Assembly (NCBI GenBank): GCA_963575745.1
Contig: CAUYUJ010000026.1
Coordinates: forward strand, 124,001-188,000
Length of the DNA: 64,000 nucleotides
Source of the DNA: Prorocentrum cordatum
Taxonomy: Eukaryota
Direction of reading: 5' to 3'
The translations under genes were made by a program, and so were the position numbers. Shown here in pieces: positions 58,344 to 64,000 of this stretch (positions are counted from its first letter, which is position 1; each line of letters opens with the position of its first letter). Under the pieces are notes generated by a model, which worked only from the letters and a program-made list of their open reading frames with translations, was not told the origin of the DNA and searched no databases.

Positions 58344-61300
58344 ATGAGGGCCGCCGACGGGCGGGTGGCCGATGCCCCTCACCCCCCCGCGCTCCCCGTC
58401 GAGGCCGCTGACGAGCGAGTGGCCGAGACCCTCGACGGGCGCAGCGGAGCCAAGGTGTCAAGTGTCCAGAGGACGAGGATGACGGCGCAGGAGGCCTGCA
58501 TTGGCGAGGCTCGCCTCGGGCCGCAGCCTGCCCTTGAGTCCGACCCTCGAGGACATTGCCCCCTGCGTGCTGGCCTGGAGGTCCTGGGCTGCAACGGTAA
58601 CGTCTGGAACAGGAGCGCCGAGGTCCTCGAGGCCTTCTTCCACGCCCACCAGCACTGGCCGCAGCTGGTCCTCCTTCAGGAGACGAGGCTAACCCACGAG
58701 CGCCTTCCTGGGGCCAGGGCGCTGGCACGCCGCCTCGGCTACACCGCCTTCTTCCACGAGGCGGTGGCCACGGACCAGCCTGGCCCGAACGCCGCGTCGG
58801 GCGGCGTCGCGATCCTGGTGAGGGCTGGACTCCAGGCCGAGGAGTCCGCGTGCCAGCTCCCTGCGGCCCTGCGCCACCGCCTCATCGGCGTAGAGGTGAC
58901 GGCGCCGTCGGGCCTCCGCCTCCACGCCTTGGCTGGGTACTTCCAGCACTCCTTGGGCCCGCGGGGGATCAACCTCGACCTGTTCTCCTCGGTCTCGGAC
59001 CTAGTGGCATTCTCGCTCGACTTGCCCTGGGTCCTCCAGGCTGATGTCAACATGGAGCCCGAGCCCCTGCAGGAGTTGGGCTGGCCTGCAGCGGTTCGCG
59101 GTCAGGTGCCCGGACCCTCTGAGGCGACCTGCTGTGCCCAGGGCTTGGAGCACGTCTACGACTGGTTCGTCGCGTCGTCCGACCTGGCCACGTGCACGGC
59201 GTCCTGCGCGACCACGCTCAACGACTTCGCGTCCTGCGCGACCACGCTCAACGACTTCGGGCTGCACCCGCACTCTCCTGTGCTGCTGCGCCTCCAGTGC
59301 GTCAGGTGCGATGCCCTGGTCGAGGTGCCCTCCCGTCCTGCTCGGTTTCCAGAGGTGGAGGTCAAAGGCCTGCGCTCCCGCGAGGACGCCCTGGCCCAGG
59401 CCTTCACTGTCGGCAGGCGCGGGAAGGTGTCGCAGAAGGATGTAGCTTGGTCATGGGCTCAGGGCTCGCGCCCGACCTGTCTCTCTGCTGCCTTCGGCGA
59501 GTGGATCGAGGCGGCGGAGGGCACTCTCACGGGCATCCACGGGATTGCGCCAGGCGACCTGCCGCGGTACCTTGGGCGAGCAGCAGGGCCCAAGACCAGG
59601 CGCATGCCCTTCAGCGCGCTGGTGCAGCGCGAGGCCAGGTTGAAGTACAGCATGCTGACCCACCGCCTGAGGAGCTGCCTAGCGGTCGCCCTCCAGAGGC
59701 TTCGCGCCGAGCAGGCCAGCAGGTGGCACCCGAACCACTCTTGGTGGTATGAGCAGGAGGCTGCGGCGAGGGCGAAGCCCCTGGACGAGGCGACCCAGGA
59801 GGAGGCTGGTCTGCGGAGCGCGCTCCTCCCTGGGGCCTCCGACGAGAAGTGGGGTGACCTCGCCTTCCACGCGGGGGTGAAGGGCTGCCCCACGGCGATC
59901 GCCAAGCTGCAGTCGTGGCTCTTGGCGTCCCAGAGGCGCGATGCCGCTCGTGGTCAGCGGCGCCGACACTGGGAGGCCCCTCGTCGGCATGGACGCCGTG
60001 GACCAGCTCACGCGCACGTGGCAGCGGCTCTGGCTCCAGGAAGGCTTCTCCAGCGGAGTCGGAGCCCACCGGTGGGATGTTGGCTCCTGGACGTTGCCGC
60101 CCATCACCCTGGAGGCCTTGCAGCAGGCGTGCAAGCGCTACGGCCCGTCGGTGGGGCTGGGCTGCGACAACCTGCAGCCTCGCCAGCTTCTTCTGCTGCC
60201 AGTGGCGCTGCAGCTTCGCCTGATTGACATCCTCACGGCGTTCGAGGACGAGCCCTCTTCGATCAGGGGACAGGTGACGCCCATGGTTTTTATTCCTAAA
60301 GCTGACGGAGGGACGAGGCCCATCGCGCTGCTCCCGCTGGCCTTGCGGCTTTGGTCTCGCCTGAGGCAGCCGTGCTGTGCCCGATGGGAGTCAGACCACA
60401 GCTTCCCCTTCTTCTGGGGTCGCGATGGCCGTGATTGCGAAAGAGCGGGTTGGATCCACAACTGCTTCGCGGGCTTCGCGATGGCCTCCCCGCATTTCGA
60501 GGTGGCCAGCCTGTTCCTGGACATCCGCAAGTTCTACGAGCACGTGCGCCACGACGTCCTCTGGACGTCAGCCCAGCGCTTCGGCTTCAACCTGAAGCTG
60601 CTGCGCGGCCTCCTCGCCATCTACCAGGCCCCGGGGATCGTGCTGGCAGGTGGCATGGCTTCGGCCCCCTTTGGGGCCAGTGGCACAGTGCTGGCGGGCT
60701 GCGCGTGCGCGACGGCTGTTGCTAAGCTTCCCGTACTTGGAGGCCTCCTCGCAGCTGGGGCTCAGCGGCCTCTTGCCACCCTGCGCAACTTGGTGGGCGA
60801 CGTCTCGCTCCAAGCTGTCGGCTCGGCGAGGCTGGTTGTGGACCAGCTCGCGGGGGCCAGTGGGGAGGTGCTGCGACACCTGCGGGCCCACCACCTCCCG
60901 CTCAATGAGGGCAAGTCCGTGTTCCTGGCCTCGTCGGCACAGGTGGCGGACGGCCTCGCCGCCAGCTGGGCCGCCCTCGGCTTCGAGGTCAAGCGTGGCT
61001 CCCAGGCCCGCAGCCTGGGCACCGACGCCAACGTGACCCGCAGAGGGGTCCACGAGGGAGGCGCCCGCGCCGTGGGAGGCCTCTCCCGCGCCAGGCGGCT
61101 GAGAACCCTGGGCTCGGCGGGGGCCGCGGTGGTGCACATGCACCGCGCAGGCCCAACCGCCGCCATGCTGTGGGGCAGGACGGTCACAGGGGTGCCCGAC
61201 GGCGAGCTTCACTCTTGGCGCCTGGCGGCTGCGCGCTCGGCAGGGAAGCTTCCCAAGGGCGCCTCCCTTGGGCTGAGGCCCAGGGCGATCGAGGTGCAGC

Positions 61301-63583
61301 GCTCCACCGACCTGGACCCGAGCCCAGCCCTGGTGCGTGCCGCGGTGCAGGTGGCAGCCAGCCTCCTTCAGACGGGCGAGGTTCCCCTGATGATGTTCGC
61401 TACCTGCCTGGCGGAGGCCGAGCGCAGGCACGACAGCATCAGGGCGCCCTGGGTGAACTGCAAGAACCCCGTCGACGCCCTGGCCCTCTCTCTGTTGCGG
61501 GTTGGGTGGCGTCTCTCGGCTGGGCACATCCTGCACACCGACGGCGGCCACACCTTGGACATGCTGATCATGGCCCCCCGCGAGCTCGGGCTGCTGGCTG
61601 CGGCAGGTGCCCGCAGGGCCTCCGACAGGGCTGAGATGACGCGGCTTGGGCACGGAGCCGCCCCCTCCATGCCTTTGTTTTGGGACGCACTCGGCCAGGT
61701 CATCGGCCCGCGCGGCAGGTTCAGCTGCAGGGAGAAGGCCGCGGTGGTGAGCTACCTGTCCAACGCCCACTGGCCGCAGACTCGCCTTTTCGCGTCTGGT
61801 GAGCGGGGCCACCCTCGCTGCTGCGCCTGTGGCGAGGTGCGTGGCAGCCTCTGGCACTGGCTTTTCGAGTGCCAATCCCTGGCCGCTGAGAGGAGGGACT
61901 CGGTGTCAGCCCGCCTCCTTCGCTGCGCCACTCGAGTGAGGCAGCGAGGTGAGGAGGCGGGGGAGTGCTTCTCTAGGTGCTGGCTGCCGCAGCCCCCGCA
62001 GACGGCCTGGAGGTCGGACGCGATGGCAGCCATGTGGGTGAACAGGCCTGCCGACGGGCTGCTAGGCGGTCGCTTTTTCCTCGACGGCTCGGCGCTCGAC
62101 CATGAGTTCGAATGCATCCGCAGGGCTGGCTGGAGTATCGTGCAGTGCGACGAGTTCGGCAACATGGAGGCGGCGGTGTACGGCACGGTCCGCCTCGACC
62201 TATGCCCCTTCCAGACGGCGAAGGACGGCGAGGACCTCGCGGTCTGGATGCTGAGCCGCTACCTCGGGCCTTCGATCATCGAGATCAACATCGACTGTGA
62301 GTCCACAGTCAGCTGCTTGAAGCTCGGCAGGAAGTATGCGACGGCGGCCACCAAGCCCAATGCACACCTGTGGTCGGCCGTCTACGCCTCGCTGGACGTC
62401 GACTCGCTCAATGTGAACAAGGTGGCGGCCCACTGCACCGAGACCGATGTCAGCGAAGGCAGGATCTCGGAGTATCAGTGGCTTGGGAACGCCCACGCCG
62501 ACACCTCGCTGGACGTCGACTCGCTCAATGTGAACAAGGTGGCGGCCCACTGCACCGAGACCGATGTCAGCGAAGGCAGGATCTCGGAGTATCAGTGGCT
62601 TGGGAACGCCCACGCCGACAGGCTGGCGAAGGCGGGGGCGGCCCTCCACAGGGCCAGCGCGGCGGCCAGGCGCGAGTTCTTCGGCGCGATGGAGGTCGTG
62701 AGAGAGCTCTCCAGGTGGATCGCGCAGGCCTCGATCGTCTGGCAGGACAGGGCCTCCAAGGACTGCGAGGGCCTCCCTGAGCGCGACGAGCGAAGGACGG
62801 CTGTCACCTTCGCGGTCCCGCTGGAGGAGCGTGCTGACGGCCTGCGGGCGGCCCCCGTGAGCGAGTCGGGTGCCCCGCCCGCCGCCGTGGGGGCCCGCGG
62901 GGAGCAGGCAGGCAGCCGCCCCGCCGCTGTCGGCGCCTGGGCCTCGGCGGCGCGCGACGGCGGAGCAGCGCTGGGCGCCCTGGTCTTCGCCGTCGCTGGG
63001 CACGCCCTCGCGCGCGCCAGGTGCGGTGAGGACGGCGACCAGCAGGAGATCATTGCGTGCACCAGGTGCGGAGCGTATGCGAGGCTTGGCGGACTCCCCG
63101 GCCCGCAGCCCAAGCTCAGGGAGCGCTGTCCTGGGGCAACGGGCCTCCCCAGGTCGCTGCGGGACCAGAAGTCGCGGTGGGAGCGTGGCCTCCACCCTGG
63201 GCGCGCGCCGCACGCCCGCGACGCGCGGAGGAAAGGGGGCGGAGGCCACCCGCCTTCGCAAGGAGGCCGAGGTGCCGCAGGACGCCAGGGTGCGTTTCCT
63301 GAAGTGGCTCGGAGTCCAGCCTGATGCCCCAGCAGGCGTCGAGGGCAGCGCCTCGGTGGCCGACGCTGCTGGGGGCGACGCTGGCTGCGCGGCCTCCTCC
63401 TCGACGGAGCTGCCCGCGGCGGCTGGGGGCGCCGCGGCGGGAGCGGGATCGCGGCAGGCCTGGCTGGAAGCCGACGGCCTCGATGAGGAGAGCCTGCTGA
63501 GCTGGGCTGAGGAGGCTGAGGAGGCCCGACTTGAGCGCCAGAGCAGGAAGCGGCGCAGAGATGACGGAGATGGAGGTGATTGA
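58344..63583 (+). pseudogene. LINE-b ORF2: APE endonuclease, RT, CCHC-like finger, RNase H; frameshifts near 59950 and 63250
   Basis: GCNGNVW, LLQETRL, SGGVAILVR, QADVN, YDWFV, HSPV (APE); FIPKADGGTRPIALL, FLDIRKFYEHV, LAGC, LVGD in place of (Y/F)xDD (RT); CCACG...HWLFEC; FLDGSA, GEDLA, IDC, KVAAH, GNAHADRLAKAGA (RNase H). Confidence 0.92.
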
Positions 63584-64000
63584 GTCCGCGCTGGCCCCAG
63601 CCTTGGGGCGCTCGGACCGCGCGAACGCGCGTGTGCCGAGCCTTGGCTGCTCCTGGCTGTGGAGCGCCAGCCTGCCTCTCCTCCTGTCCTCCCTCTGCGT
63701 CCGTCTCCTGTCCGCCCGTGCGTTTTGGACCCCTGGTGGCCGCGGGCCTCGGCGTGTGGGCGTTAAGCTTCCTGCGCCTCGCCTGCCTCGCCGTGCCGCT
63801 TGGGGCTGTGCAAGCATGTTTGGGGCGTCGCCCGCCGCTTGTCTGCGCGGTTGTATATATTCCAGCGCTTCGCGCTGATGCCCCTCGACGGGGGTCTGAG
63901 CTGACAGGCCGAGCGGTGCCTCGGGGCCGATGTGCCCTGGTGGCAGCCTTCTGCGGCTCGTCTGGGCTCTCGGGATCCCTTGTGGCCCGCCCCCTGTCTT

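Larger units (their letters stand above)
56891..64000 (+). mobile_element. SL-headed non-LTR retrotransposon LINE-b (ORF1 + APE-RT-Zn finger-RNase H), near full length, 3' end probably just beyond the window
   Basis: SL, ORF1, ORF2 domains in canonical order, 3' UTR. Confidence 0.92.

Noticed and set aside
63875..63940. Hammerhead ribozyme at CTGATG in the LINE-b 3' UTR
   Set aside because: Lacks the CUGANGA and GAAA core; only simple hairpins are evident.

Overview
GC-rich, repeat-dense eukaryotic DNA, almost certainly dinoflagellate: it has three perfect 22-nt dinoflagellate spliced-leader (DinoSL, TCCGTAGCCATTTTGGCTCAAG) copies and predicted GC/GA splice donors. From left to right: (1) a decayed DIRS-type tyrosine-recombinase retrotransposon carrying a C5 cytosine methyltransferase (about 4.9-7.4 kb, minus strand); (2) two multi-exon genes of unknown function whose introns are filled with (GGA)n/(CCT)n (8.5-19.5 kb); (3) an uninterrupted 715-aa CMC/EnSpm/Plavaka-like transposase ORF (24.0-26.1 kb); (4) a frameshifted, 3'-truncated APE-RT LINE starting exactly at a DinoSL (33.9-38.1 kb); (5) about 10 kb of GGCCGTCTTGG-type repeats with a 79-bp satellite; (6) a head-to-tail pair of SL-headed units next to an (ACAGAC)n microsatellite. 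The pair is a 1.5-kb single-ORF unit followed by a near full-length ORF1 + APE-RT-RNase H LINE. Both share an identical 21-nt 3' motif, and the small unit is flanked by a 14-bp duplication. This apparent trans-spliced LINE plus protein-coding passenger is the most novel feature. Most ORFs in the supplied track are shadows of microsatellites and GC-rich repeats. All family calls come from motifs read by eye and exon boundaries are predictions; no searches were run.
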